Source: a bacterium (GTDB lineage Bacteria > RBG-13-61-14 > DATKZS01). From it: DNA of 64,000 nucleotides. Below, piece by piece: positions 1-10,716 of this stretch. Numbering within the stretch: the stretch's first letter is position 1; every line of letters starts with the position of its first letter. The notes under the pieces were generated by a model that worked only from the letters and a program-made list of their open reading frames with translations, was not told where the DNA came from and did no database searches. Made by a program: the position numbers and the translations under genes. Location of the stretch: assembly GCA_963674965.2 (NCBI GenBank), contig CAXXFL010000002.1:224001-288000 (forward strand), in the 5' to 3' direction.

Positions 1-662
1 GCGGCGTGGACGTTATTATCAACAACGCGGGCGTGGCCATAGGCAACGATATCGAGAACGCGAGCTTCGAGGACCTCGAGTGGGTCATCAACGTCAACTT
101 GTGGGGAGTTATACACGGGACCAAGGCGTTCCTTCCTCACCTCCGGAGGAGGCCGTGGGGTCACATAGTCAACGTCTCCAGCATCAACGGCATCGTGCCC
201 TTTCCCAACAACGGGCCTTATAATATAGCCAAGTACGGGGTGAGGGGCCTTAACGAGACGCTCATGCAGGAGCTCAGGAAGGACAACGTGCGCGTTTCGT
301 CGGTCCATCCCGGCGGCATCCAGACCAACATCGTGAGGAACATGCGCTTTACCGAGTTCGTCTCCGACGAGATGAATCATAACCAAATGGCGGCCATGTT
401 CCAGGCTATCGCCCTGACCACGGCCGAGGACGCCGCCCGGATTATCGTGCGGGGCGTCAGGAAGAACAAGAAAAGGATCATGGTGGGAATCGACTCCCGG
501 GTGATGGAGTTCTTCTCCCGCCTGGTCCCCATTACCAACGTGGTGGTCACCGGGATGGTAACGGAGCTCCTGGTGCTTCCCCGGACCCGCGCCATTATCG
601 ATCGCGTAGCCGGGCTGAGGGATAAAATAAAGGGAAAAGACAAGGAAGAAAAAAATGGATAA
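1..662 (+). CDS. SDR family oxidoreductase (5' partial)
   Basis: INNAG, VNVSS and catalytic YNIAK (YxxxK) motifs; the N-terminal TGxxxGxG is not in the window. Confidence 0.9.
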   Translation, partial: GVDVIINNAGVAIGNDIENASFEDLEWVINVNLWGVIHGTKAFLPHLRRRPWGHIVNVSSINGIVPFPNNGPYNIAKYGVRGLNETLMQELRKDNVRVSSVHPGGIQTNIVRNMRFTEFVSDEMNHNQMAAMFQAIALTTAEDAARIIVRGVRKNKKRIMVGIDSRVMEFFSRLVPITNVVVTGMVTELLVLPRTRAIIDRVAGLRDKIKGKDKEEKNG

Positions 663-937
663 TACCAACTTCCGTTCGACGCTTTTTCCGCGAAACTGAT
701 GGATACCATGGATATTGCCGCCGCCTCCTTTCCGTGCCGCGGGCAAGACTCCAGCGTGGGGGAGCGCCTATTCGGAGCCAAATCTTTTTGTTCGCTCTAG
801 AATATTTCCGCCAAGCTCGATCTGCCGAAATACTCCGCTTTCTAATTTTTGTTTCGGCCGACGTCTTTTAATGGTAATATTTCCAATGATCCGGCGCTCG
901 CCGCCGGGGCCAAAGCCAAGCCGGACGCGAAAGGGGA

Positions 938-1810
938 TTGATGGAAGGAACAGGGCTAATTTACGACGGCCTTTTGATGATGCAGGCGAAAGGCATCCTT
1001 TACGTCTTTTCCTTTTTATTCGGGGCCTCGGTGGGAAGCTTCCTCAACGTCTTCATCTACCGCTGGCCGGAGGGGCTCTCGCTCGTGTCCCCCGGCAGCC
1101 GCTGTCCAAGCTGCGAGACGCCCATTCCCTTTTACTGGAACGTTCCCGTGTTGAGTTGGCTCCTCTTGCGGGGAAAGTGCAAATGGTGCGGGACCGGGAT
1201 ATCCCCCCAGTACGTGCTGATCGAGCTTGCCATGGGGGTCTGGTGCTCTTTCCTCCTTTGGCGGTTCGGCCCGACCGTAACCTTCCTGGCCTATTTCGTC
1301 TTCAGCGCGGCCTTGTTCGGCGCCAGTATAATCGATCTTCGCCACCGCCTGCTGCCGGACGCGGTCACTTTGGGCTCGATACCGCTGGGGCTGGCCCTGG
1401 CCTACTTTTACCGGCCCCTCGATCCCGCGTATCCGGTCACGATTTGGGAGTCCGTCTCGGGCGCCGCGGTTGGAGCGGGCCTTTTTTTCGTGGTCCAGGT
1501 CGTATTCAAGCTGGCCTCGGGCAAGGATGGGCTGGGAACGGGCGACGTGAAGCTGATGGGCGGCTTCGGGGCCATGTTCGGAGTGACCGCCGTTCCTTTA
1601 ATAATCCTGCTCGGCTCGACCTCGGGCATCATAGCCTGGCTCATCCTCCATTGGAGGGGCAAGGTGGGCCGGGATTATCTTATACCCTTCGGTCCCTTCC
1701 TGGCGGGGGCGGCGGTCATGGTTATGCTTTTCAGACAGTGGTTCGAGAAGAATTGGTTCATGCTCAAATGGCCGGCGGTGCTGGACATTTTTTACTTTTT
1801 CAAATATTAA
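938..1810 (+). CDS. pilD: Type IV prepilin peptidase/N-methyltransferase
   Basis: GSFLNVFIYRWP, two CxxC pairs, IIDLRHRLLPD, GTGDVKL and IPFGPFL; true start may be the Met at 977. Confidence 0.95.
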   Translation: MMEGTGLIYDGLLMMQAKGILYVFSFLFGASVGSFLNVFIYRWPEGLSLVSPGSRCPSCETPIPFYWNVPVLSWLLLRGKCKWCGTGISPQYVLIELAMGVWCSFLLWRFGPTVTFLAYFVFSAALFGASIIDLRHRLLPDAVTLGSIPLGLALAYFYRPLDPAYPVTIWESVSGAAVGAGLFFVVQVVFKLASGKDGLGTGDVKLMGGFGAMFGVTAVPLIILLGSTSGIIAWLILHWRGKVGRDYLIPFGPFLAGAAVMVMLFRQWFEKNWFMLKWPAVLDIFYFFKY

Positions 1811-1843
1811 TCTTTATGGCGGCTTGGCGACGAAGGCCCATGG

Positions 1844-3079
1844 ATGGAAGAACGTGAAAACAAAGAGTTGACGGAGGCCGAGACGGAGGAGGGGGACTCG
1901 AGCGGGGCTTTTTCCTTCCTGCTTCGCTCTCGGCGCGACAACTCGGTGGTTACGGAGATAGTGGCGAACATGACCGTGCTCATGTTCGCGGCCGTGATCA
2001 TGATCGCCCTGGTGCTGGGATGGACGAGGGAACTTCTCGAGCACGAGGAATACTCCCGTTACGGCGTTTTTATCCAGGTGACCTACATAGTGATCTTCGG
2101 CCTGACCGTGGCCGTTTTCGGGTGGCGGCTTATCTCGAGGGTAATAGTCAAGCCCATCCGGGTACTGGTGGAAGCGACCAATAAAGTGGCCGGCGGCGAT
2201 CTGTCCTGCCGGGTCGAGGACCTGGACGACAACGAGATCGGAGACCTGGCCCAGGCCTTTAACAACATGACCTCCCGCCTCGAGCGAAACAGGCTCGAGC
2301 TCGAGTCCAACCTTACCCAGATGAAAGACATGAACGAGAGCCTGGCAAGGGCCCAGAGGGAAGTGCTCAGCTCGGAGAAGCTGGCCTCCATTGGCCGGTT
2401 GGCCGCGGGCGTGGCCCACGAGATCGGCAATCCCCTGGCCGCCATAACGGGCTATCTCGAGATAATCTCGAAAAGGGAATATCTCCCGGAAGGCGACCGG
2501 GAGATGGTCGAGCGGGTCCAAAGCGAGGTCTTCCGGATTAACCTGATTATCAGGGAGCTTCTAGACTACAGCCGGCCTCAGGACGAGTCCCTGGCCAAGG
2601 TCAGCCTCAACGAGGCCATAGCCTCGACCCTCACGCTGATGAAGGCGCAAAAGGACTTCGGCCGGGTCGAGGTCACCCTGGAATTGAATGACGTGCCCGA
2701 CCTTTTGTCCAACGGGTCATCTCTTCAGCAGCTTATAATGAACCTCGTCCTTAACTCGGCCCAGGCCATGGACAATGGAGGCAAGCTCTCCATTTCGACT
2801 TCCCGGGAAGAAAGGGTTGGCAAGGACGGAGTATTGCTGATAATATCCGATACTGGTCCGGGCATACCCGAGGAAATTCAGGACAGGATTTTCGACCCCT
2901 TTTTCACCACCAAGGAGCCCGGAAAAGGGACGGGGCTAGGACTCTCGATATGCCAGCGGATCGTGGAGAACATGAAAGGCAAAATCGATCTGGAAAACAA
3001 AGAACAAGGAGGAAGCCTGTTTCGAATCTGGTTTCCTCTTGATCGACGGTCGTCAAAGGATCACCCTGAGACGACGTGA
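1844..3079 (+). CDS. HAMP-domain sensor histidine kinase, PilS-like
   Basis: Two TM segments, HAMP, H-box AHEIGNPL, G-boxes DTGPGI and GTGLGL; sits between pilD and a sigma54 response regulator. Confidence 0.9.
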   Translation: MEERENKELTEAETEEGDSSGAFSFLLRSRRDNSVVTEIVANMTVLMFAAVIMIALVLGWTRELLEHEEYSRYGVFIQVTYIVIFGLTVAVFGWRLISRVIVKPIRVLVEATNKVAGGDLSCRVEDLDDNEIGDLAQAFNNMTSRLERNRLELESNLTQMKDMNESLARAQREVLSSEKLASIGRLAAGVAHEIGNPLAAITGYLEIISKREYLPEGDREMVERVQSEVFRINLIIRELLDYSRPQDESLAKVSLNEAIASTLTLMKAQKDFGRVEVTLELNDVPDLLSNGSSLQQLIMNLVLNSAQAMDNGGKLSISTSREERVGKDGVLLIISDTGPGIPEEIQDRIFDPFFTTKEPGKGTGLGLSICQRIVENMKGKIDLENKEQGGSLFRIWFPLDRRSSKDHPETT

Positions 3080-3099
3080 TCTCGCGTAAATGGAGCGTT

Positions 3100-4488
3100 A
3101 TGAGCCCCAGGATACTTATAGTTGACGACGAAGAGAACATGCGGCATATGCTTAGCGTTCTTTTATCCGAACATGGCTACCACTGCGAGTTGGCCCAGGA
3201 CGGGGCCGAGGCCATCGAGAAGATCAGAGAAAACAATTTCGACTTTGTTCTCAGCGATATACGCATGCCGCGCATGGACGGGCCCGAGCTTTTGCGGGAG
3301 ATCAAAAACCTTGAATATGGCCCTCCCGTCATCATGATGAGCGCCTACGGCACCATCGACACGGCCATCGAGACCATGAAGCAGGGGGCCTACGACTACA
3401 TAACCAAACCTTTCAGGACCGACGAGATACTGCTGACCATCAAAAAAGCCGAAGAGAGAGAGGGCCTGGTCAAGGAAAATCTCCGTCTTAAAAGCGCCTT
3501 GCACGGGGAATCGGCCACTTCCGGAATCATTACCAACAACAAGCGCATGAAAGGGGTTATTGAGGTTATTCAAAAGGTCTCGGTGTATAAATCCACCGTC
3601 CTTATTACGGGGGAAAGCGGCACGGGAAAGGAACTGGTGGCCCGGGCTATCCACGACTTGAGTCCCAGGGCGTCCAAGCCTTTCATCCCCGTCAACTGCG
3701 GCGCCATACCCGAGAACCTGCTCGAGACGGAACTCTTCGGACACGTAAAGGGGGCCTTTACCGACGCGTCTCATACCAAGACGGGCCTTTTCGAGGAAGC
3801 GGACGGTGGGACCATACTGCTCGACGAGATAGGCGAGTTGCCCCTGTCTTTGCAGGTCAAGCTTCTTCGGGTGCTGGAGGAGGAGGCGGTAAGAAAAGTC
3901 GGCGCCACCGAGAACGTCAGGATAGACGTCCGGGTCATCGCGGCCACATTGAAGGACCTCGCCGAGGAAGTAAAAAGGAAAAAGTTCAGGGCCGACCTTT
4001 ATTACAGGCTGAACGTTTTGACCGTTCACGTGCCTCCTTTAAGGGAAAGAAAGGACGATATACCGCTTCTGGTGGATTTTTTCGTGAAACGGATGAACGA
4101 AAGGCTCGGGAAAAACGTCAAGGGATTCTCGAGAAAGGCCATGGCCGATTTCATGACCAAGGAGTGGGAAGGAAACGTAAGAGAGCTCGAGAACTCGGTC
4201 GAGCGGGCCATGGCCATGGCCGACGGCGACATGATCGGGGAGGAACTCCTTCCCCCCGACGCGGACCATGAAATGGATCAAAGCATGTTTTGCATCTCTG
4301 ACGACGATTTGAGCATCAAAAACATGACCAGGAACGTCGAGGAGATGATGATACGCCGGGCCCTTGTAAAAACGGGGGGCAACAGGACCAAGGCGGCCAA
4401 GTTGCTTCAGATCAGTCACCGTACCTTGCTGTACAAGATAAAAGAATACGGCGTAAAGGTCGAAACGGGACATGAAAAGGATGAATAA
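3100..4488 (+). CDS. pilR: Sigma54-dependent response regulator (NtrC/PilR family)
   Basis: Receiver domain, GESGTGKE, GAFTDA loop and C-terminal Fis HTH; the pilR name rests on context. Confidence 0.85.
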   Translation: MSPRILIVDDEENMRHMLSVLLSEHGYHCELAQDGAEAIEKIRENNFDFVLSDIRMPRMDGPELLREIKNLEYGPPVIMMSAYGTIDTAIETMKQGAYDYITKPFRTDEILLTIKKAEEREGLVKENLRLKSALHGESATSGIITNNKRMKGVIEVIQKVSVYKSTVLITGESGTGKELVARAIHDLSPRASKPFIPVNCGAIPENLLETELFGHVKGAFTDASHTKTGLFEEADGGTILLDEIGELPLSLQVKLLRVLEEEAVRKVGATENVRIDVRVIAATLKDLAEEVKRKKFRADLYYRLNVLTVHVPPLRERKDDIPLLVDFFVKRMNERLGKNVKGFSRKAMADFMTKEWEGNVRELENSVERAMAMADGDMIGEELLPPDADHEMDQSMFCISDDDLSIKNMTRNVEEMMIRRALVKTGGNRTKAAKLLQISHRTLLYKIKEYGVKVETGHEKDE

Positions 4489-4615
4489 GACGATATTTTT
4501 ATTGAGCTAACGCTTCATTTATGCTAAGATAAATATGGGCCGAAATAAGGGCCCGGGGGAACGGACAGGGAGACGACGAACCACCGTCCTTTTTGGACGG
4601 ACGAGGAGACCTGAA

Positions 4616-5275
4616 ATGCCATTACGCGGCAAAGGCGGAAAATCTGGGTTTACGCTGATCGAGTTGATGATAGTCCTCGTTATCATCATGGTCCTGGCCA
4701 GCGTGGCCACTTTCACCTACATATCGCAGATTGAACAAATCACCTTACGAAGCGACGTGAGAGAGCTGATAGGGGCCCTCGAGATGGCAAAAATGCGGGC
4801 CATAGCCAGCGGCGAGCCTCATGGAGTGGTCTTTATAAGAGGAACGGGAGACGAGCCCGACGCCTTCTTCGTATACCGGGACTGTACGCCCGGTGACCAG
4901 AGGTTCACCGACCCCGATGGAAACCCCCGCAACAACATTTGGAGCGACGATTGCTCGGCAATCACCTACGACCCCAAGCTAAGAGAGGGGGGATTAATCG
5001 AGCTTCAACGGGACGACCATTTCACAACCGTCTTTGGCGGGGAAGACGCCTCCAACTCCGTCATTTGGGGCACGGGGGCCACTCACGAATACGTACAGTT
5101 CAACAACCTGGGTCAGGCTTTTAAGAACGGTAATCTGATCAACGGTGAGTTCATTTTCATGCAGAACCAAAATAACACCGGCGGCGGCGACAAAGTCGAT
5201 CAGGTCGGCGTGCGTATATTCGGGGCCACCGGGTCCATCGAGTACGTGCCTTTGACCGTCGCCGACCCCGTATAA
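4616..5275 (+). CDS. Type IV minor pilin/pseudopilin (FimT/GspH-like)
   Basis: G|FTLIELMIVLVII prepilin cleavage motif; LEMAKMRAI resembles GspH/FimT; RBS GAGGAG before ATG 4616. Confidence 0.85.
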   Translation: MPLRGKGGKSGFTLIELMIVLVIIMVLASVATFTYISQIEQITLRSDVRELIGALEMAKMRAIASGEPHGVVFIRGTGDEPDAFFVYRDCTPGDQRFTDPDGNPRNNIWSDDCSAITYDPKLREGGLIELQRDDHFTTVFGGEDASNSVIWGTGATHEYVQFNNLGQAFKNGNLINGEFIFMQNQNNTGGGDKVDQVGVRIFGATGSIEYVPLTVADPV

Positions 5276-5306
5276 TAAGTAATTCAACTTCTCAAGCGTC
5301 CACAAA

Positions 5307-5348
5307 TAAAACTATCCATCAGCCGCGGGGCCGGGGGATAGTTTTTTC
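5307..5348. terminator. Probable intrinsic terminator after the pilin gene
   Basis: AAAACTATCC...GGATAGTTTTTT inverted repeat ending in a T-tract. Confidence 0.55.
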
Positions 5349-5486
5349 TCGCCTCTCGGGAAAGATGTTTCGGGCTTTATTTACGCCCGCCTTGCCGGCG
5401 CGCGATGGCCAATCAATTGACTTTGCCCGCATAATCGCGCTATATCAGTATCTTCACGGCTTATTCATTTTACCGGGAGTATATTA

Positions 5487-7493
5487 ATGCAAGTGAAAGC
5501 GACTGGCGCGGGGTTCGATCTGGGAGGAAAATTCCTGCCCGCCATCAGCGGAGCGGTCCATTACTGGCGCATAGAACGCGACAAATGGGGACGGGTCCTT
5601 GACGCCGTCGCCGAGCTCGGCTTCAACGTTGTCGAGACCTACGTGCCCTGGAGCGTGCACGAGCTTGCCCGGGGGTCCTTCGATTTCGGGGAGAGGGACC
5701 CGTCCAAATCCCTGGACGAGTTCATCGAGGCCTGCAAGGCGCGCGGCCTTTACCTGATACTTCGGCCCGGGCCGCATATCAACGCGGAGATCACCCTGTT
5801 CGGTTACCCCGAAAGGGTCCTGAGAGATGATAAGTGCCTGGCCGTCAGCGTTGACGGAGACAAGGTCTGGCTGCCCGCCCCTCCCAAGATGTTCCCTGTC
5901 CCGAGCTACGCCTCCGAGGCCTTTCTCGCGGAGGTGGGGACCTGGTTCGACGCCCTGGCCCCTCGCCTGAAGGGACGCCTGGCCTCGGAGGGCGGAAACG
6001 TGGTCGCCATCCAGATCGACAATGAATTCTCCAATTTTTTCAGGAACTCCGCCTTTGATCACGACTATCATGAAGACTCGATCAAGCTCTGGCGTGAGTT
6101 CATGGTTCAAAAGCACGGGTCCGACGCGCCCACCGGCGATCCGCCGCGGGAGTTCCGAGCCTCGAAAAAGGAGGACCTTCCCCAATACCTGGACCTGGTG
6201 GAGTTCAAGGAATTCTACATGCAGCGCGCCCTGACCCGACTGAAAACCATGTGGGAGGACAGGAAGATAACCGGCGTGCCCTTCTTTCACAACTACTGCT
6301 GCGGGCACGACGTTCCTCCCAACAACTTGGCCCAAATCGAGACAACGCTTGATTTTCAGGGGGCCGACTCCTATCCCACCCGCAAGCAATATATCGGCCT
6401 CAAAGCCCTTGCCTGCCATCTCAGCGGTGAATCCAGGTTCCCTTACATTCCCGAGTTCAGCTCGGGGGCCTTTTTCTGGACCTCGCCGGTCTCGGCCAGG
6501 GACCAGGAATTTACCACGCCCGTCTGTTTCATGCACGGCGTGAAAGGGATAAATTTCTACATGCTCGTCGAGCGGGAGCGCTGGTACGGCTCTCCCATTA
6601 CCCGCGACGGAAACAAAAGGGAAAAGCACTGGGCCCTTTTCGAGGACTTCCACCGCTGGATGAAGAGGACGAAGGTCTACAACCTCAAGAAAAAGGCCGA
6701 CGTACTCCTCCTGGCCCAGCGCGACTATCAGAGGCTGTCCATTGCCTCGACCCTGCTCGATCCACTACCTCCCCTGTTGCCCGATCTCATACCAGCCGAG
6801 ATGCACTGCGCGGACGAGGACTTCGGGCTGGGAGACGTGATCCAGATCGACTCGGAAAATCAGTGGTACGCCATGTTCCACGGCCTTTCAACGGCCAAGG
6901 TCCCTTTCAATTGCGGAAATACCAGCCAGTCCCTCCAGGATTTGTGCAAATACAAGATGGTCCTTTGCCCCTCATACGCCTTCATGGCCGCCGAGGTCCA
7001 GAAAAAACTGGCCGACTACGCCCGCCAGGGAGGCGCCCTGGTAATAGGCCCGAGACTGCCGGACCTTGACGAAAAAATGAACCCCCATGATGAACTCAAG
7101 CGGGAATTCGACAAGGGCATGGTCTTCGAGGACCAAACGGCGGTTTCCGTGAAGGTCGCCAAGGGCAGTATCACCTTTTTGAAGGACCCGCTGCCTCGCG
7201 CCTCGGCGAGAAAAAGACCGGAGGGGTTGGAGGAACTTTTCCAGACCCTGGCTCAAAGGTTTGGCGTGGCTCGGCCCTATCCGGCGGAGGACCCGGCCGT
7301 CGAGACCACCCTCCACGAGGGGGAAGGAAGGAAAATCCTCTTCGTGGCCAACCCCACCAAGAAAGCAAGGACCGCGTCCATCTCCCTTGACGGAGAAAAA
7401 CTGGTGGACGTAAAAACCGACCGGGCCTACGAGCCGCCTATCGCCCAAATCGAAATGGAGGCCTACACGGTCGGGATATTCGAGGTCGTCTAA
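5487..7493 (+). CDS. Beta-galactosidase-like glycoside hydrolase (GH35/GH42-like)
   Basis: ISGAVHYWR, VETYVPWSVHE, LRPGPHINAE and QIDNE motifs; C-terminal trimerisation-like domain. Confidence 0.85.
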   Translation: MQVKATGAGFDLGGKFLPAISGAVHYWRIERDKWGRVLDAVAELGFNVVETYVPWSVHELARGSFDFGERDPSKSLDEFIEACKARGLYLILRPGPHINAEITLFGYPERVLRDDKCLAVSVDGDKVWLPAPPKMFPVPSYASEAFLAEVGTWFDALAPRLKGRLASEGGNVVAIQIDNEFSNFFRNSAFDHDYHEDSIKLWREFMVQKHGSDAPTGDPPREFRASKKEDLPQYLDLVEFKEFYMQRALTRLKTMWEDRKITGVPFFHNYCCGHDVPPNNLAQIETTLDFQGADSYPTRKQYIGLKALACHLSGESRFPYIPEFSSGAFFWTSPVSARDQEFTTPVCFMHGVKGINFYMLVERERWYGSPITRDGNKREKHWALFEDFHRWMKRTKVYNLKKKADVLLLAQRDYQRLSIASTLLDPLPPLLPDLIPAEMHCADEDFGLGDVIQIDSENQWYAMFHGLSTAKVPFNCGNTSQSLQDLCKYKMVLCPSYAFMAAEVQKKLADYARQGGALVIGPRLPDLDEKMNPHDELKREFDKGMVFEDQTAVSVKVAKGSITFLKDPLPRASARKRPEGLEELFQTLAQRFGVARPYPAEDPAVETTLHEGEGRKILFVANPTKKARTASISLDGEKLVDVKTDRAYEPPIAQIEMEAYTVGIFEVV

Positions 7494-8812
7494 GATATTT
7501 TGCCTCTGGCCATGGCCTTCAGGCGGGACAGCTCCCGAACCGTGAGCTCGGGCGCGGCGCACGGCGTGAGGGTGTTGTTGTGAAACAGCGGCTCGGACTC
7601 GATATCGTAGCGGCTCGCCTGGACGGCCCGCTTCCACATGGGACTCCTGGGCACGGGCGAGTACTCGCTGACGATGGGACGCGCGCCCGCCTTGATGACC
7701 TCCTTAACGCCTCGCTCGATTTCCTCCGGCGGCTGGCCGGGAAGGCCCGCCAAGAGATACACCCCGATCTCGTCTCGCCCGTAGCCGGCGCGGGAGAGCT
7801 TTTCCACGGCCTGGTAGAGGTCGTCAAGATCGGCTTTGCCTCCCAGTTCCCTGGCGCGCTCGGGGTCGGCGGTCTCGAGGCCGAACCGCAAGGTGGACAC
7901 CTTGGCCCTCTTTAAAAGGAAAGCCAGCTCGGAGGTCATGCCCTTTAAATGAAGCGCGTTGATCGCGTGAAGCCGAAGGTCCAGCCCCGCCTTGATCACT
8001 CCCTCCAGTATGGCCGAGATATGATCGTCCCCTCCCGCCCTTAAGGCGTCGTCGTAAAAGGCCGCGTCACGGACCCCGAAGTCGGCGGCAAGCCTGGCTA
8101 TCTCCACCACCACCAGGCCGGGATCGCGGCGCTTTAACTGGGGCTTCATTACGTGGGCCGCGCAATAAGGGCAACGGTAAGTGCATCCCCTCCCGGTGAT
8201 GACGGCGGCGGCTTCCAGTCTTTTATAAAGGTCCCAGGCGGGAAAGACCTCGCCCCGATGGAAGTCCGAGGGAAGGGACAGTCCGTCAAGCAAAGGTGGA
8301 AGAGCGTCGCGGTAATCGCCCGGGGCCACGTAGTCGGCGCCGCATGACACGGCCGCGTGACCGGGCATGAGCGTGGCGTACACCCCGCCCAGGATGACGG
8401 GAGTATCGGGAAAGGCCGACCGGACGACGGCTATGGTCTCGGCCACTCCCGTGTACCAGTAGGTCATGACCGAGCCGACCAGGACCGCGTCCGGCCGCTC
8501 GGAGGCCTCGAGGGCGTCTCGCAGGCGGGCCTCGGAGATTCCGTAACGCTTGAACTTCCGGGGCACGCCCGCCAGCGCCGGCGGCTTATTGATGACGGAT
8601 TTGAAAAAACGGCCCGTGCCGTTGTCCTTCCTCTTGGGGAAGGACCGCCCCGAGGTCTCCCCGTAAACGTCCAGACAGTCTATGAGCGAGACGGCGTAAC
8701 CAGCGGTCCGAAGGCTCGCCGCCATTTCCAGGAGAGCCAGGGGCCTGGACCAGAAGTCATAGGCCGCGAAATCGTGTATCCAGGGATTTATTAATAATAC
8801 GCGTGGTTTCAT
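7490..8812 (-). CDS. B12-binding radical SAM protein
   Basis: N-terminal cobalamin-binding domain (ILGGVYAT) and RGCTYRCPYC (CxxxCxxC). Confidence 0.9.
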   Translation of the reverse strand: MKPRVLLINPWIHDFAAYDFWSRPLALLEMAASLRTAGYAVSLIDCLDVYGETSGRSFPKRKDNGTGRFFKSVINKPPALAGVPRKFKRYGISEARLRDALEASERPDAVLVGSVMTYWYTGVAETIAVVRSAFPDTPVILGGVYATLMPGHAAVSCGADYVAPGDYRDALPPLLDGLSLPSDFHRGEVFPAWDLYKRLEAAAVITGRGCTYRCPYCAAHVMKPQLKRRDPGLVVVEIARLAADFGVRDAAFYDDALRAGGDDHISAILEGVIKAGLDLRLHAINALHLKGMTSELAFLLKRAKVSTLRFGLETADPERARELGGKADLDDLYQAVEKLSRAGYGRDEIGVYLLAGLPGQPPEEIERGVKEVIKAGARPIVSEYSPVPRSPMWKRAVQASRYDIESEPLFHNNTLTPCAAPELTVRELSRLKAMARGKIS

Positions 8813-9040
8813 TCGCCGCTCTTATTATGCCGAATTACCAGATAATACTACATTCGATCCGAATTCGTACAAGTCGGGGACGATATTTATAAACTGCAAC
8901 TTTTAGCACTGACGTCTATATCGGGCGTTTGGCTCCCAACTCCGTTAATCGAATTTTCCCTTGGATATGAAAACGCTAAACGTATATAATGAGGATAGGG
9001 AGATCGCCGGGGAGGATAAACCGGCGGTGGAGGTTCGCGA

Positions 9041-9592
9041 ATGGGATACAACGTGAAGGGCGTTCTTTTCCAGGATTACGTCCGCATGATTCGCAAGTAC
9101 AAGGACGTCGACTGGGGCGCTCATCTTAAGCCGGTTGACTTCGAGATTCTTGACCAGATCGTCTTAAGCTCGAGGTGGTATCCTCGAGAGTCTTATATCC
9201 GGCTGGGCCTGGCCGTGTTCAAGGAGCTCGGCAAGGAGGACCTCGAGGCGGCCCGTGCCTGGGGCCGTAACTCGGTCGACCAGATACTCAAAACCTACAA
9301 GGACCTTATCGAGGAGAACGATCCGGAAAAGACCCTGGAGAAGCTGATGGCCCTGAGGCGAAGGCTTATAGACTTCGACATGGTCGAGGTGCAAAAACTG
9401 GAGGAGGGCCGGTTCAGGATATCGCTCGATATAGCTTTTATCGGGGAGGGGCAAGAGCCCTACGCCCACCAACTGGCCGGCATATTCGAGAGGGTCCTCG
9501 AAATGGCCGGGGCCGAGGAAGTGGTCTCCGAGATCGCGGCCAAAAGCTGGGAAGCGGACCCCTTGACCGTCATCGAGCTAAGCTGGAAATGA
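9041..9592 (+). CDS. Hypothetical protein (DUF2378/V4R-like)
   Basis: RBS GGAGG, host-like codon use; VKG...WYP...W pattern recalled from myxobacterial DUF2378 proteins. Confidence 0.6.
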   Translation: MGYNVKGVLFQDYVRMIRKYKDVDWGAHLKPVDFEILDQIVLSSRWYPRESYIRLGLAVFKELGKEDLEAARAWGRNSVDQILKTYKDLIEENDPEKTLEKLMALRRRLIDFDMVEVQKLEEGRFRISLDIAFIGEGQEPYAHQLAGIFERVLEMAGAEEVVSEIAAKSWEADPLTVIELSWK

Positions 9593-9720
9593 ATAAATCT
9601 CCGCTCGAATATATATAAAGGAAGGTCCATAAGGGCCCTGACCGAGGCGTCTTGACTTTTCTTGTCATTCCGATGGATACTTCCATTCACGAAACACGCG
9701 CTCGCGCTGGAGGGTAATCA

Positions 9721-10551
9721 ATGAACTTAAGAATCACCATCGGCATTTTACTATTGGCTCTCCTGGCCATGGCTCCCTTTTCTTCCCGGGCCTTTGAGCC
9801 GGAAAAACCCGTCAGCCAGGTCCCCGAGGCGTCCGCCTTGATCGAGGAGGTCTGGAACGGGCTGGGAGGAAACCTCGGGGTGCCCGAGTTGGACGACTCC
9901 ATCGCCAAGCTTGAAAAGGCCGAGCGCCTCGACCCCTCCAATCACGACCTGTTAATTATCCTCTGCGACCTTTACTGGGAAAGAGGCGAGCGCGTAAAGG
10001 ACGCCTCCGAGCAAGGCAAAAAGGAAGCGGAGTGTTTCTTCCTGAAATGCCACGAGACGGCCAAGCGGGCGCTCGAGATCGAGGATAGCGCCGCGGCCCA
10101 CTACTACGCGGCCATCGGCCTGGGCGCCGTCGCCGAGAACCAGAGCATCTTAAAGCAGGTCTCCAGTTTCCCCGAGGTCCGGTCCCACATGGAGTGGATC
10201 GGCGAGAACGACCGCCACTATGGGGACGGAGCCTACGCCAGGTTCTGGTGCGACTGCTACGTCAACGCGCCCAAGCCGATTATCAAGGTAATCGGACACG
10301 GCCAGGACGAGGTGTGCGACATGCTCGACGAGGCCATCGAGCATAACCCGGAAGACGTGTCCAATTACATGTACCGCATAAGGTGCTGCCACGACGAGAC
10401 CATGAAGGAAAAAAGCGTGAGCCTTCTGGAAAAGGCCCTCAAAGCCGACGAAAAATCAGCGCCAAAGCAAAGACAATATAACGCCTACTTCCGCGAGAAG
10501 GCCCTTAAATACTGGAAGGAACTGACCGGCAAGGAATATCCCGCCAGATAA
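9721..10551 (+). CDS. Secreted TPR-like helical protein
   Basis: Signal peptide; TPR-like segments (AERLDPSN, AAAHYYAA, AIEHNPED). Confidence 0.7.
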   Translation: MNLRITIGILLLALLAMAPFSSRAFEPEKPVSQVPEASALIEEVWNGLGGNLGVPELDDSIAKLEKAERLDPSNHDLLIILCDLYWERGERVKDASEQGKKEAECFFLKCHETAKRALEIEDSAAAHYYAAIGLGAVAENQSILKQVSSFPEVRSHMEWIGENDRHYGDGAYARFWCDCYVNAPKPIIKVIGHGQDEVCDMLDEAIEHNPEDVSNYMYRIRCCHDETMKEKSVSLLEKALKADEKSAPKQRQYNAYFREKALKYWKELTGKEYPAR

Positions 10552-10716
10552 TTTCGCCTCGCGCGGCCCCAACCGGACCGCGAATGGCAACCTGCCGGAC
10601 ATGCTGATACAATGGACTTGTCAGTCGCGAGCGGGAAAACGCGTTCCCCTCGCGCCCGTTTTTTTACGGTCCTTTTCAGGCCCGAAATCATTATAAAGTT
10701 ACAAGAGGGCGGCTTT

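Noticed and set aside
10552-10716. SAM riboswitch upstream of the Cys/Met PLP enzyme
   Set aside because: Only a GGCAACC fragment is present; the SAM-I core (ATC.AGAG...GAT) is not recognisable.
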